In this document: one piece after another, positions 39,352 through 48,234 of the stretch
How the letters are laid out: each line of letters starts with the position of its first letter
Position numbering within the stretch: position 1 is the first letter of the stretch
DNA from: Candidatus Gottesmanbacteria bacterium
GTDB taxonomy: Bacteria > Patescibacteriota > Microgenomatia > UBA10105 > UBA927
Assembly: GCA_963701185.1 (NCBI GenBank)
Contig: OY969569.1
Coordinates: forward strand, 795,548-859,547
DNA length: 64,000 nt
Reading direction: 5' to 3'
Made by a program: the position numbers and the translations under genes
The notes under the pieces: generated by a model
Databases searched by the model: none
What the model saw: the letters and a program-made list of their open reading frames with translations, nothing else
Told to the model about the DNA's origin: nothing

Positions 39352-42300
39352 GTGGTATCTATGGCAGAAACAGAGCCGCCACCAAAGAAGAATGTTGAGC
39401 AGGAGCAAAAACCTCAAGAACAGACCCCTGAAGATAAAGCAGCGGAGGAATTAGGCAAACGTGCCCAAAAATCAACGCGGTATGAACGTCATAAGATAAA
39501 AGAACAACGGGAGAGAGCCGAAAAAGTATTCGAAAAACTAAAAAAGGGTGAAGTTCCAAAACTTGATTTGGAAAAAATGTCCCCTGCGGATATCAAAGAA
39601 GCCAAATCTATTATCGCCGACATAGAACGCGCCCACGAACAAAAGTGGCTTACCAAAGGCGAAATTCCAGATAACCCAATTGTATTAGATGTTGTTGCCC
39701 GCATCGCCAGTGCGCCTCAAGAGCTTCAGGATGACCCGAAATGGCTTATTGCCCAGGGACTTGAACTGCGGGAAGCGCAAAAAGGAAGTATGCCTGATGA
39801 TGTAAAGATTGCCATACAAAAAGTGAGTTATAGAATAAGGAATAGGGTTACAGAATTAACAGGTATAAATGAAGAAGACCGGCATGCCATTTTTCGCTCT
39901 TCATTTGATCCCGCGAAACTTACCAGCGTAACCCCGGAGCAAGCGGAAGTTGTTGAGGTGGCAGAATTTTATTTAAGCGAGTCTGGAAGCCCGGTTCGGC
40001 GCGGGTCGGGAACGCCAGAATTAATTACCCCAAGCGATTGGCTTTACAAAGGACAAACGACGGGAAACGCAGCTCTGGATAAGAAATTGGAGGAAATTAA
40101 TAATAGATATGCGAATGAACCACAGGCAGAATATCTTCAAGAAGCGCATCGTGAGCTTAAAGATATGAAACTTGCCGAAGCAGAACCATATCTCAGAACA
40201 ATCGAAAACACTTATAAAATCATGTCCGATGAGCAATTTAGGTTAACCCCCGCGGAAATCGAGAAAATTAAAAATCCTGACACACGCGACGAGGTTTTTT
40301 ACCGACGCATAGAAAAAATTTTGAATAAACCAAATAAAACATCTCGGGAAAGCATGGATCTCTACACACAAACAGCATTGGACTCATTTACGTATGGTGT
40401 AAGCAGAATGGAAAATGGTCGAAATCTCGTCGCTCACTTTGAAAACCTGCAAGAAGCGATTTTTGCGTTTCATGATATTGACTTTTATGCACGCAGCGCC
40501 GCCGGAGATGTAAAACCGTTTGTTGAGGCAGCATCATATTTCCAAAATTCATTCGCAATAGAAGCCATTAATGACCCGCTTGTGGAAGTGAGCATTCAGA
40601 GCTACGAGCAGGCACTCAAGATGATTCGGGACAATAATGACGGGTATATACCGCCATCGATGGTAAGTTACGATACGAATACCTACCAGAATTATTGGGA
40701 TGAACTTGCAAAGAAAATTCTGATAGAGAAAATAAAGGCGGGTTTAGTTCACGATTATGATCGCGACCCAAAAACAGGAACTCCTCTGAAAAATAATGAT
40801 GGCACACGGCGGTTTAAAGATGAGGCAATGACACTTGAAGAGCTCGGTTTAGATCCAAAAAGTAAGCTGAGCGTTGAAGATCAGAGAAATAAAACATTAC
40901 GTCTTATTGCCTCCATGCGTATGGCAAAAGGATTTGGGATCCTCGACATGAGGCTTTTGGAAATTTTTGCATTCTCCAAAACCCCCGGGTATTCCAATCC
41001 AGAATACGGAACGCAAGGACTAATATTCAGCAGTAAAGCATATGAAGGAATCGCGCGTTGGTTAAATCCCATGGCTGATTGGTTTGGCAAATTTAAAATG
41101 GGAGACACCATGTTTGCTCCATTCTTTGCGACACTCATAGGAATAAAACACAATGATCTTAAGGAATTTTTCTCATGGGATCAGGACCAGTGGAAACGTA
41201 TCACCAATATGGCGGCCAACGGAGAATTACAGGAATGGCTCCGGAATAAATTTCCGAAAGGTGGCGGACGACTTCACGATCTTGTTTCAATGTTTGCATT
41301 TAGCGGACGTTTCGGGCCGTTGTCAAAATGGGGAGAGTCAGATGTCACTTTGGGTTTTACTGATTTAGATCGTGAACGGGAAGGCGGCTCAATGAGGCTA
41401 TTTAAGGCCTCAAGGTGGGCAGAAGAGGAAGCCAGAAATCATTTTGATCCGGATAAGAAACTAAAAGAGTCGGAATGGAGAGTCATGAAGAACTCTGAAG
41501 AAGTTAAGAAGAAAATAGACGAATATGAAAAAGCATATAAAATTCACGTGTGGGTACAGACCGTCATGCGTAATCCAACCGGAGTAGCAGGCCATGTGCG
41601 TATGCAGACGCCAGAGAAATCTGGGGAAGCGCCGCATACGTATCTATACGGCGATGTTCATAAGCATGGTAATGAAAGAATGGCACGACATCTCAGGAAT
41701 GTGGTTATCCAAGAAGTGCTTGGGAATGACTATATTGTCGAGGGAAGAATTTTATTAAACGGAGAAATTCAATATGAGCCTGTAGAGAATGAACGATCTC
41801 CTGACGCAGCTAAACTTAATAAGATGGCCCGTATAGAACTTTTGGAGCGGGATGTCATGACGATCCAGCAGGCAGCGCTCTGCGGCGGCAGCGACAACAG
41901 ACCACGGGATATAAAATTAGAAACAGACTCGAAGCGTATCGAGGGCGATGAAGTGATTGCAGGAGAAACCATTACGCAAGAAAAGCGTCGTGAAGATGCA
42001 AAACAATACATTACCCGCGTGCAGACATATATGTTGGGGAACAAATTGTCAGCAAAAGATTGGCAAAAAAAACTTGGGGGGGATTGGGATGATACATTGG
42101 ACAGAATTAAGATGGAAGATTACTCGTCGGATAGTGTGAGCGTTCCGGTCGGAAGCGGGAAAAGTAAATTAGTATTGAAGATTGTGGACACAATAACGGA
42201 GAAAAATCCCACTCCCGTAACTAAGATGCTCGCATCTGTTCGTGGCATAGATGAAGATGCCAAGGTAGACTATGGGAACCCGTTATTGTCGGAAGAGCTT

Positions 42301-42930
42301 TTGAAAGTGATTTCGCCTTCACATATGGGTCTTGAGGACGTGCAATGGCATTATATAGATATTGCTCCTTTGGGTGAGCGGCATTGGGCGAGACGAGCGA
42401 ACGATTTGCGGGCACGGTCAGAAACAGATGCGGCGCTGATAAAAAGTTTAGACACAATGCGCCCACACCCTGATCTTAAAGAGATCGGAAAAGCGCTTGA
42501 GGAAGTGTACAACGCAGAAAAACAGCACGATCCAAATGAGGCGCACAGGTTTGTGTATTTATGGTCGCGGGGAATGGGAGAGATGTACAGACAAAGATTT
42601 TGGGCGAAAATTCCTTTTCTTGGAAGACTTATTTCTCGAATGAATCCATCTTCTATTGCTGCGCAAGTGTATGGTCCCGAGCATGGAGCTTCGTGGAGTG
42701 CGAATAATGAGAGGGAATTTGTGGAAGCAGTCCAACAATCAACAAAACTACCATATCAGGAAATCGATAGGTTGGGAAATAAGCATACATATAACATACA
42801 TAGTTTGGAAAAAGAACTAGGTGCGACCCGGAGAGTCGTGATAATGGAAATGATCGGATTGGGGGTGTTTATTGCGATTGCGGCAACGATATTGGCAGCG
42901 GGCACAAAATCGCTGGAAGATAAAGATTAA
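39352..42930 (+). CDS. giant hypothetical protein (1192 aa) with a C-terminal TM anchor
   Basis: Single uninterrupted ORF, highly charged (K/E/D/R-rich). No P-loop or other signature found. C-terminal hydrophobic helix 'VVIMEMIGLGVFIAIAATILAAG'. Its A+T content is above the surrounding core genes. Confidence 0.55.
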   Translation: MVSMAETEPPPKKNVEQEQKPQEQTPEDKAAEELGKRAQKSTRYERHKIKEQRERAEKVFEKLKKGEVPKLDLEKMSPADIKEAKSIIADIERAHEQKWLTKGEIPDNPIVLDVVARIASAPQELQDDPKWLIAQGLELREAQKGSMPDDVKIAIQKVSYRIRNRVTELTGINEEDRHAIFRSSFDPAKLTSVTPEQAEVVEVAEFYLSESGSPVRRGSGTPELITPSDWLYKGQTTGNAALDKKLEEINNRYANEPQAEYLQEAHRELKDMKLAEAEPYLRTIENTYKIMSDEQFRLTPAEIEKIKNPDTRDEVFYRRIEKILNKPNKTSRESMDLYTQTALDSFTYGVSRMENGRNLVAHFENLQEAIFAFHDIDFYARSAAGDVKPFVEAASYFQNSFAIEAINDPLVEVSIQSYEQALKMIRDNNDGYIPPSMVSYDTNTYQNYWDELAKKILIEKIKAGLVHDYDRDPKTGTPLKNNDGTRRFKDEAMTLEELGLDPKSKLSVEDQRNKTLRLIASMRMAKGFGILDMRLLEIFAFSKTPGYSNPEYGTQGLIFSSKAYEGIARWLNPMADWFGKFKMGDTMFAPFFATLIGIKHNDLKEFFSWDQDQWKRITNMAANGELQEWLRNKFPKGGGRLHDLVSMFAFSGRFGPLSKWGESDVTLGFTDLDREREGGSMRLFKASRWAEEEARNHFDPDKKLKESEWRVMKNSEEVKKKIDEYEKAYKIHVWVQTVMRNPTGVAGHVRMQTPEKSGEAPHTYLYGDVHKHGNERMARHLRNVVIQEVLGNDYIVEGRILLNGEIQYEPVENERSPDAAKLNKMARIELLERDVMTIQQAALCGGSDNRPRDIKLETDSKRIEGDEVIAGETITQEKRREDAKQYITRVQTYMLGNKLSAKDWQKKLGGDWDDTLDRIKMEDYSSDSVSVPVGSGKSKLVLKIVDTITEKNPTPVTKMLASVRGIDEDAKVDYGNPLLSEELLKVISPSHMGLEDVQWHYIDIAPLGERHWARRANDLRARSETDAALIKSLDTMRPHPDLKEIGKALEEVYNAEKQHDPNEAHRFVYLWSRGMGEMYRQRFWAKIPFLGRLISRMNPSSIAAQVYGPEHGASWSANNEREFVEAVQQSTKLPYQEIDRLGNKHTYNIHSLEKELGATRRVVIMEMIGLGVFIAIAATILAAGTKSLEDKD

Positions 42931-42933
42931 ATA

Positions 42934-44418
42934 TTATGGATGGCTTCCGCCACCCCCTCCCTTTCCCTTATTTATCCATTTTCCTACCTGACTGACCATT
43001 GCTGAGCCATAGTAAAACTGGGATGCGGTTCCCATAGTGGTTTGAACAGCGCCGCCCAAGGGTGAGAATATTGCGCTGGGGCCAGCACTGACCATAGGTT
43101 TGGCCTTGAGCGCCTCTTTCAGTGCCTTACCAATCGAAGGAATGGCAAATAGAATGCCCAGTGAGATAAGTGTTGAGAGTGACGTCGTGTTGAATGAGAT
43201 CGCCGATAAATTTGGAGCCCAAAGTGATTTATGGGTGTCGGCAAAGTTCGCAAATACCGCCGCAAGCATGAAGAAAACAACACCAAGCGGAAACACAGCA
43301 ATATTTGCTATAAGATTATTGATCCACGACCCGAATGAGTTGGTTCCTGGAATTGCTTCCATCAGGATTTGTACCGGGCCAAAGAGAAGTGCAAGTACGA
43401 TTTGAATGTATGCTCCGACGAAAAAGATGAGGAGACGTATAAACAAAAATAGCATGGCAAGGGATAGAATGAATTCCAAAACAGGCATCGAAAGAGCGGC
43501 AATTCCTCCTGCTACTACCATCGGGCCGGCTACCCCCGCTGAAATTGCCGTAATGGCAACCGCCGGAACAATCAACAATGCTCCGAGACCTAGCCCTGCA
43601 AGCAATTCCGTTCCGACCCCTACGGGTATGCCCAATATTTTTAAAACGCTCACGTTCCAAGTCGCCTGGATGGTGTTAGCAGCCAAGGTTCCCTGTGTAA
43701 AGAATTTCAGCTGTGTATCTAGCCCCCAGATGTTCCAGATACTAGGGACTGCCGGTAACAGTCCTGAAGAAACAAATAAACCTACGGCAAGATACATGAT
43801 CAAATACATGACGTCTATGAGAAGCCCGACAATAGCATATGAGAATGTTATAAGAAGGAGGGTAAGTACAATTCTCGGGAGGGCATTCTGGACGGTGACG
43901 ACGGTTTTTGGATCTATTTTTTTTCGGAACATGACCATGAATCCGATGACGATCATAACAACGGCCATAAGAAAGTAGGCGATGTTTCTGAATATTTTCC
44001 AGAGAGGTAGAAGAGCAGAGAATCCGGAAAATCCAATGCCTTGAGCGTGTACCTGTTTAGGAAAAAAGCCAAGAGATTGACCGGTATCTTCTACCCAGTA
44101 GGCAATGCTTGAGGGTGGCGTCGTATAGACGCCCGCTATAACGCCGCTTATAAGGGTTAACGAGCTTTTACCGTAATAAAATGCGCTGTTTGGATCTTTG
44201 CTGCAGCCGGCAATCATGCAGGTTGCCGTGTTCATGTACGAGGCCTGGGTATTGACGGTATAGACCTCTTTACTCATCTGCCCCGCTTTGGATTTCTGGT
44301 CCACGATTGCGCCAAACTCTTCGGCGCTTGGCATCGGATTAAACTCCGCGTGTGCGGGCGGCACAAAGACCAATCCGACGAGAATGAAGATGAGAAATAA
44401 AAACGCGGCGTGCTTCAT
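42934..44418 (-). CDS. VirB6/TrbL-like polytopic T4SS membrane protein
   Basis: Signal peptide plus a periplasmic N-domain, then 7 or more TM helices. Encoded immediately downstream of six VirB2-like pilin genes, in the VirB6 position. Confidence 0.5.
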   Translation of the reverse strand: MKHAAFLFLIFILVGLVFVPPAHAEFNPMPSAEEFGAIVDQKSKAGQMSKEVYTVNTQASYMNTATCMIAGCSKDPNSAFYYGKSSLTLISGVIAGVYTTPPSSIAYWVEDTGQSLGFFPKQVHAQGIGFSGFSALLPLWKIFRNIAYFLMAVVMIVIGFMVMFRKKIDPKTVVTVQNALPRIVLTLLLITFSYAIVGLLIDVMYLIMYLAVGLFVSSGLLPAVPSIWNIWGLDTQLKFFTQGTLAANTIQATWNVSVLKILGIPVGVGTELLAGLGLGALLIVPAVAITAISAGVAGPMVVAGGIAALSMPVLEFILSLAMLFLFIRLLIFFVGAYIQIVLALLFGPVQILMEAIPGTNSFGSWINNLIANIAVFPLGVVFFMLAAVFANFADTHKSLWAPNLSAISFNTTSLSTLISLGILFAIPSIGKALKEALKAKPMVSAGPSAIFSPLGGAVQTTMGTASQFYYGSAMVSQVGKWINKGKGGGGGSHP

Positions 44419-44457
44419 AGATATATTATGCTGACTCCATTGGCACGAGTCAATGTG

Positions 44458-44763
44458 TTAATTGCCGGGGATCGTAAATTGCGTGACATTGACGCCGGTA
44501 AACAACTGGATGGTGCGTAAGATAAGATACGCAATGACGATAACGACAACGCCGGTGATAGCTGCCGTCAGCGTGCCGCGGGCTTTCTCGAGTTTTTTTT
44601 GGTCCCCGCCGGAGAATAAAAAACCGTACCCGCCGATTATGAACATGATAAATAATGCAACGCCTATGAGTGCGGTAAGCGCCTGCACGACACCCGTAAA
44701 TATCGGTTCAAAACATTGAAGTGTCGCTGCGCCCCCAATCGTACAGTTCTGCCAGGTCCACAT
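44458..44763 (-). CDS. VirB2/TrbC-like T4SS pilin paralogue 1
   Basis: TM1, then 'GGYGFLFSGGDQKKLEKARGTLTAAITGVVVIV', then TM2. Same architecture as the other paralogues. Confidence 0.6.
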   Translation of the reverse strand: MWTWQNCTIGGAATLQCFEPIFTGVVQALTALIGVALFIMFIIGGYGFLFSGGDQKKLEKARGTLTAAITGVVVIVIAYLILRTIQLFTGVNVTQFTIPGN

Positions 44764-44814
44764 ATGGAATCATTATCGCGCAGATGGCGGCAACAGGCAA
44801 GAGGGTGTCGCGCT

Positions 44815-45147
44815 TTAATTAAAAGGCTTTGGGAACGTGAGCGTCCCGCCGATAATCGATATGCCCAGGAAATTCTGGACGAGAATCATAATCGCCCACG
44901 CGGCTCCGACAATGATAAGTCCGACAATCGCATGGGTAATTTTATTGCGCGCAGCTTCCATGCCGGCTTTGTCTCCGCCGGAGGTGATCCATTGGATGCC
45001 GCCCATGATAAGGAAAAAGAATGCCAGGAGTGCCGCAACGATAAGAAGCACGCCGACGAGCGCACTGATGAGCTGACCGATATCACCGATTTTTATGTTC
45101 GCGGGTTGCGGGATTGTAATCTGTGCCTGTGCAAATACCTTTTCCAT
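44815..45147 (-). CDS. VirB2/TrbC-like T4SS pilin paralogue 2
   Basis: 'LIMGGIQWITSGGDKAGMEAARNKITHAIVGLIIVGAAWAI' is the core motif GG.QW.(T/S).GGD...A..I..AI.GL.I. Confidence 0.65.
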   Translation of the reverse strand: MEKVFAQAQITIPQPANIKIGDIGQLISALVGVLLIVAALLAFFFLIMGGIQWITSGGDKAGMEAARNKITHAIVGLIIVGAAWAIMILVQNFLGISIIGGTLTFPKPFN

Positions 45148-45222
45148 AATTCCTCCTTATTAACGACCGTGTTTTATTATATCCTTATTCTCATTGTTGC
45201 GCAACTATCTTTCGCTTGTCAA

Positions 45223-45579
45223 CTATTGATTAATGCTCGGGATGGTAAGTTTTGTGATCTCTATGCCGAAAAATTGTCCGACGAGCGTCATGAGCGCATA
45301 GGCTGCCGCCACGATCACCAGCCCCATAATGGCGTTGGTAATACCGCTGCGCGCTTTCTCCAGCGCCTGCTTGTCTCCGCCTGCAGTGATCCATTGGATG
45401 CCGCCGATAAGAAGCAGCATAAACGTGAGTAAGAATCCCGCGATAAACAGTGCGCCGACCAAATTACTGATGAGCTTTCCCAGCGACGCGCCGCCCTGAG
45501 AAACATCGGGGTTTGGTCCGCCTCCGAGAGACGGGGGTAAAACGGGGTTTCGGATCTGAGATAATATTCGTGTATTCAT
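45223..45579 (-). CDS. VirB2/TrbC-like T4SS pilin paralogue 3
   Basis: 'LLIGGIQWITAGGDKQALEKARSGITNAIMGLVIVAAAYAL'. Confidence 0.65.
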   Translation of the reverse strand: MNTRILSQIRNPVLPPSLGGGPNPDVSQGGASLGKLISNLVGALFIAGFLLTFMLLLIGGIQWITAGGDKQALEKARSGITNAIMGLVIVAAAYALMTLVGQFFGIEITKLTIPSINQ

Positions 45580-45581
45580 TT

Positions 45582-45974
45582 TTACTGAATTTTTAATTGC
45601 TGAATAATGACTCCGGGATTGCCGACAAGAATATCATATCCGAAGAATTGACCGACGACCGCGATCATGATCCAGGCGGCAATGATGATGACGAGCCCGA
45701 AAAATCCGTTCATAATCCGCTGCCGGGCCGTTGTAAGCTTTTTTGTGTCTCCGGCGCTGGAAATCCATTCATAGCCGCCAAACAGGAGCTGGAACATAAA
45801 CCAAATACTGCCGGCTATCGTCAGAAATCCGACGATGGAGGATATGACTCCGGTTACCTTGGTCAGCGCCAGTACGCCGCCTGCCTGACCACCGAAATTT
45901 AGCGCCCCAAACGGCCCCAAGCCGGATCCTCCGATGTTTCCAAGCCCCTGTCCTGTTTGTGCAAGTAGCGCCAT
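45582..45974 (-). CDS. VirB2/TrbC-like T4SS pilin paralogue 4
   Basis: Gly-rich N-terminus, then 'LLFGGYEWISSAGDTKKLTTARQRIMNGFFGLVIIIAAWIMIAV'. Confidence 0.6.
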   Translation of the reverse strand: MALLAQTGQGLGNIGGSGLGPFGALNFGGQAGGVLALTKVTGVISSIVGFLTIAGSIWFMFQLLFGGYEWISSAGDTKKLTTARQRIMNGFFGLVIIIAAWIMIAVVGQFFGYDILVGNPGVIIQQLKIQ

Positions 45975-45977
45975 AGA

Positions 45978-46352
45978 TTATGGTGTGTAAATCTTCGGAT
46001 TTAAGATATACCCCGCATCGCCGAACAATAAGTATCCGAATAGTGCGGCGAGGGCGAATGAGCTGACCACAAGAATGAGTCCCAAGAGCGACTGCCAGAT
46101 TTTTCCCCATGCCTTTTGCACGACTTTTGAGTCTCCTCCGGCGCCCATAAATTGGAATCCGGCGAGAATAAGATTGATGAATGCAAACAATCCGGCGACC
46201 ACAAAGACCAGCCGGAGAATGTTTGTGAGAAAGAGGATGAGTCCGCCGCCCTGTGCGGCAGTTATGCCCCGGTATGCTTTCGGGAGCGGATTGTCAACCG
46301 TCCCGACGATGCTTGATGCGCCCTGTGCAAATATTTTTTCCATGCCAAACAT
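45978..46352 (-). CDS. VirB2/TrbC-like T4SS pilin paralogue 5
   Basis: 'LILAGFQFMGAGGDSKVVQKAWGKIWQSLLGLILVVSSFALAAL'. Confidence 0.6.
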   Translation of the reverse strand: MFGMEKIFAQGASSIVGTVDNPLPKAYRGITAAQGGGLILFLTNILRLVFVVAGLFAFINLILAGFQFMGAGGDSKVVQKAWGKIWQSLLGLILVVSSFALAALFGYLLFGDAGYILNPKIYTP

Positions 46353-46354
46353 AA

Positions 46355-46711
46355 TTATTTCAGACCGACCATCTGTTTTAATATGTCAGCGCCCGTGATG
46401 GTGGCGATGACCTGGACGATAAGAACTGATAAGACGACGATCAAAAGCCCGATGACCGCCCCGGTTACCGCCCTTTTGCTCTGTTCGAGTTGTTTGGCGT
46501 CCTCGGATCCTGCTCCCACTATAACGCCCAGTCCCCCTAAAATCAATAAAACAAAGCTGATAACCCCGGCCAGTACGACGGCATTTTTGACAATCACGGA
46601 TACGATTGAGCCGAAGTCGCTAAATGTCGCGGCGGGCGCGAATATGGTTTTGATGTCGACAGCGTACACCATTCTCAGATCATTGTATGGGTAAATGGAG
46701 GTTACTGTCAA
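46355..46711 (-). CDS. VirB2/TrbC-like T4SS pilin paralogue 6
   Basis: 'LLILGGLGVIVGAGSEDAKQLEQSKRAVTGAVIGLLIVVLSVLIVQV'. Confidence 0.6.
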   Translation of the reverse strand: MTVTSIYPYNDLRMVYAVDIKTIFAPAATFSDFGSIVSVIVKNAVVLAGVISFVLLILGGLGVIVGAGSEDAKQLEQSKRAVTGAVIGLLIVVLSVLIVQVIATITGADILKQMVGLK

Positions 46712-47273
46712 TTTATGGTATAGTTATCGGGTTGTGGACGACGCAAACATTATTCCTAAGATTCTTGCGCGCGACCGGAGGGCACTGCTTATTTTTTACC
46801 GCAGGTACGCGCCGAAACTCTCCCGCTTCATTGCCGGAAAGATCGGAAATCCGGGCGATGCGGAAGAGGTTCTGCAGGACACGCTCTATGCATTCTTGGA
46901 GGCCATCCGCGATTTTCAGGGAAAAAGCAATATTCAGACGTTTTTGTTTTCCATTTGCCAGCACAAAGTGATTGATTATTACCGGAGAAAGAAGCTCAAG
47001 CACGCAGTGTTTTCCCAGATGCCGCAGCTTGAGGCGATTATCTCGCCTCTTATCAGTCCCGAAGACCAGCTGGATGCCGTTTTAGTGAAAGAGAAAATTC
47101 ACGCCGTGTTGGGGCGACTCCTCCCGCGTCATAGGCAAATTTTGCAGCTGAAATATCTTGACGGGTTATCCGTAGAAGAAATCGCAAAACGCCTGGCGAT
47201 GACATTTAAGAGTGTCGAGTCCCAGCTTTTCCGCGCCAGGAAAGCCTTTGTCGAGCATTTTATATCTATTTAG
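46695..47273 (+). CDS. RNA polymerase sigma factor, ECF (sigma-70 group 4) family
   Basis: Region 2 'DAEEVLQDTLYAFLEAIRDFQGKSNIQTFLFSICQHKVIDYYRRK'. Region 4 HTH 'LKYLDGLSVEEIAKRLAMTFKSVESQLFRARKAF'. Divergent to the pilin array. Confidence 0.75.
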   Translation: MEVTVNLWYSYRVVDDANIIPKILARDRRALLIFYRRYAPKLSRFIAGKIGNPGDAEEVLQDTLYAFLEAIRDFQGKSNIQTFLFSICQHKVIDYYRRKKLKHAVFSQMPQLEAIISPLISPEDQLDAVLVKEKIHAVLGRLLPRHRQILQLKYLDGLSVEEIAKRLAMTFKSVESQLFRARKAFVEHFISI

Positions 47274-47275
47274 GT

Positions 47276-47313
47276 GTCATTCCCGCGAAGGCGGGAATCG
47301 GTACTGGTATTTG
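47276..47313. repeat. GC-rich hairpin repeat copy 3, directly after the sigma factor stop codon
   Basis: 'GTCATTCCCGCGAAGGCGGGAATCGGTACTGGTATTTG' begins 3 nt after the TAG. Confidence 0.7.
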
Positions 47314-47344
47314 AAAAAAATGCAGATCCCCGATCAGGTCGGGG

Positions 47345-47590
47345 ATGACAAAAAAACATATGAGAAGTACAACATATCAAAAATTTGTCAAAAGGTGGGA
47401 AGAGGTGACGGACCTGCCGCCGCAGACAGTCGGGCCCCTGACGCCCCTTTATAAAGCAGTCGCCCGGCGGCTCAAAGTGATGCCCTGGCCGGTATTGGTT
47501 CTCTCGTCGCTCGTTGTGGTTACGGGATTGTATGTGATCATCGGATCCGCCATTACCCTCCTTGTCTCCGTTCTGCAAAAAGGATTTTAA
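47345..47590 (+). CDS. putative anti-sigma factor (small single-pass membrane protein)
   Basis: 81 aa. Charged cytoplasmic N-terminus, one TM (VLVLSSLVVVTGLYVIIGSAITLLV). Position immediately after the ECF sigma gene. Confidence 0.4.
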   Translation: MTKKHMRSTTYQKFVKRWEEVTDLPPQTVGPLTPLYKAVARRLKVMPWPVLVLSSLVVVTGLYVIIGSAITLLVSVLQKGF

Positions 47591-47616
47591 CCCCCCATTA
47601 CGACTAATACGTATAC

Positions 47617-48234
47617 ATGGAGACATCGCTTATTGTCGCGCTTGTTGATTTTAGCAGAAATATTATAGGATTAATTATCCGTCCGTATGAAACGTGCCGC
47701 AGGATCGTGGAAAAAGAAAACCCGTTGGAACTGATTTATGTTGCGGTAGTGCTTGCCGTATATTTTGTCCTCGCGTCTTTGGTTAAGGTTGCCAGCTTCC
47801 GTCCGTTTCTTCTGACCCGGCAGTTTTTTGTGTTGGCGGGTGCGGTAGCTATTACGTATTGTTTTGTCGTGACGGTATTCTGGGTGGTAGGGAGATTGGT
47901 GGGCGCAGGCGGGAAAATGAAAGGCCTTGCGGTCCTCTGGGGGTATTCGCTGCTGCCTACGACACTCTGGTTTTTCGTCACATCTCTCCTCTATGTTTTG
48001 TTGCCTCCGCCGCGGACCACAAGCATTCAGGGGATTCTTTTCAGCGTATTCTTCCTCGTGTTTTCCATTACGCTGTTTTTGTGGAAGGCAACGATTACCT
48101 ATTTGTCTCTCCGCTTCGGACTCAAGGTGGATTTAGGAAAAATTTTGGTTATTTTGGCGATATCACTTCCGGTTCTTGCGTTATACAGTTACGGCATGTA
48201 TAGACTCGGAATCTTTAAAATACCGTTTATATGA
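47617..48234 (+). CDS. polytopic membrane protein (Yip1-like topology)
   Basis: 205 aa with five predicted TM helices. Stop overlaps the HMGR start (ATGA). Confidence 0.4.
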   Translation: METSLIVALVDFSRNIIGLIIRPYETCRRIVEKENPLELIYVAVVLAVYFVLASLVKVASFRPFLLTRQFFVLAGAVAITYCFVVTVFWVVGRLVGAGGKMKGLAVLWGYSLLPTTLWFFVTSLLYVLLPPPRTTSIQGILFSVFFLVFSITLFLWKATITYLSLRFGLKVDLGKILVILAISLPVLALYSYGMYRLGIFKIPFI

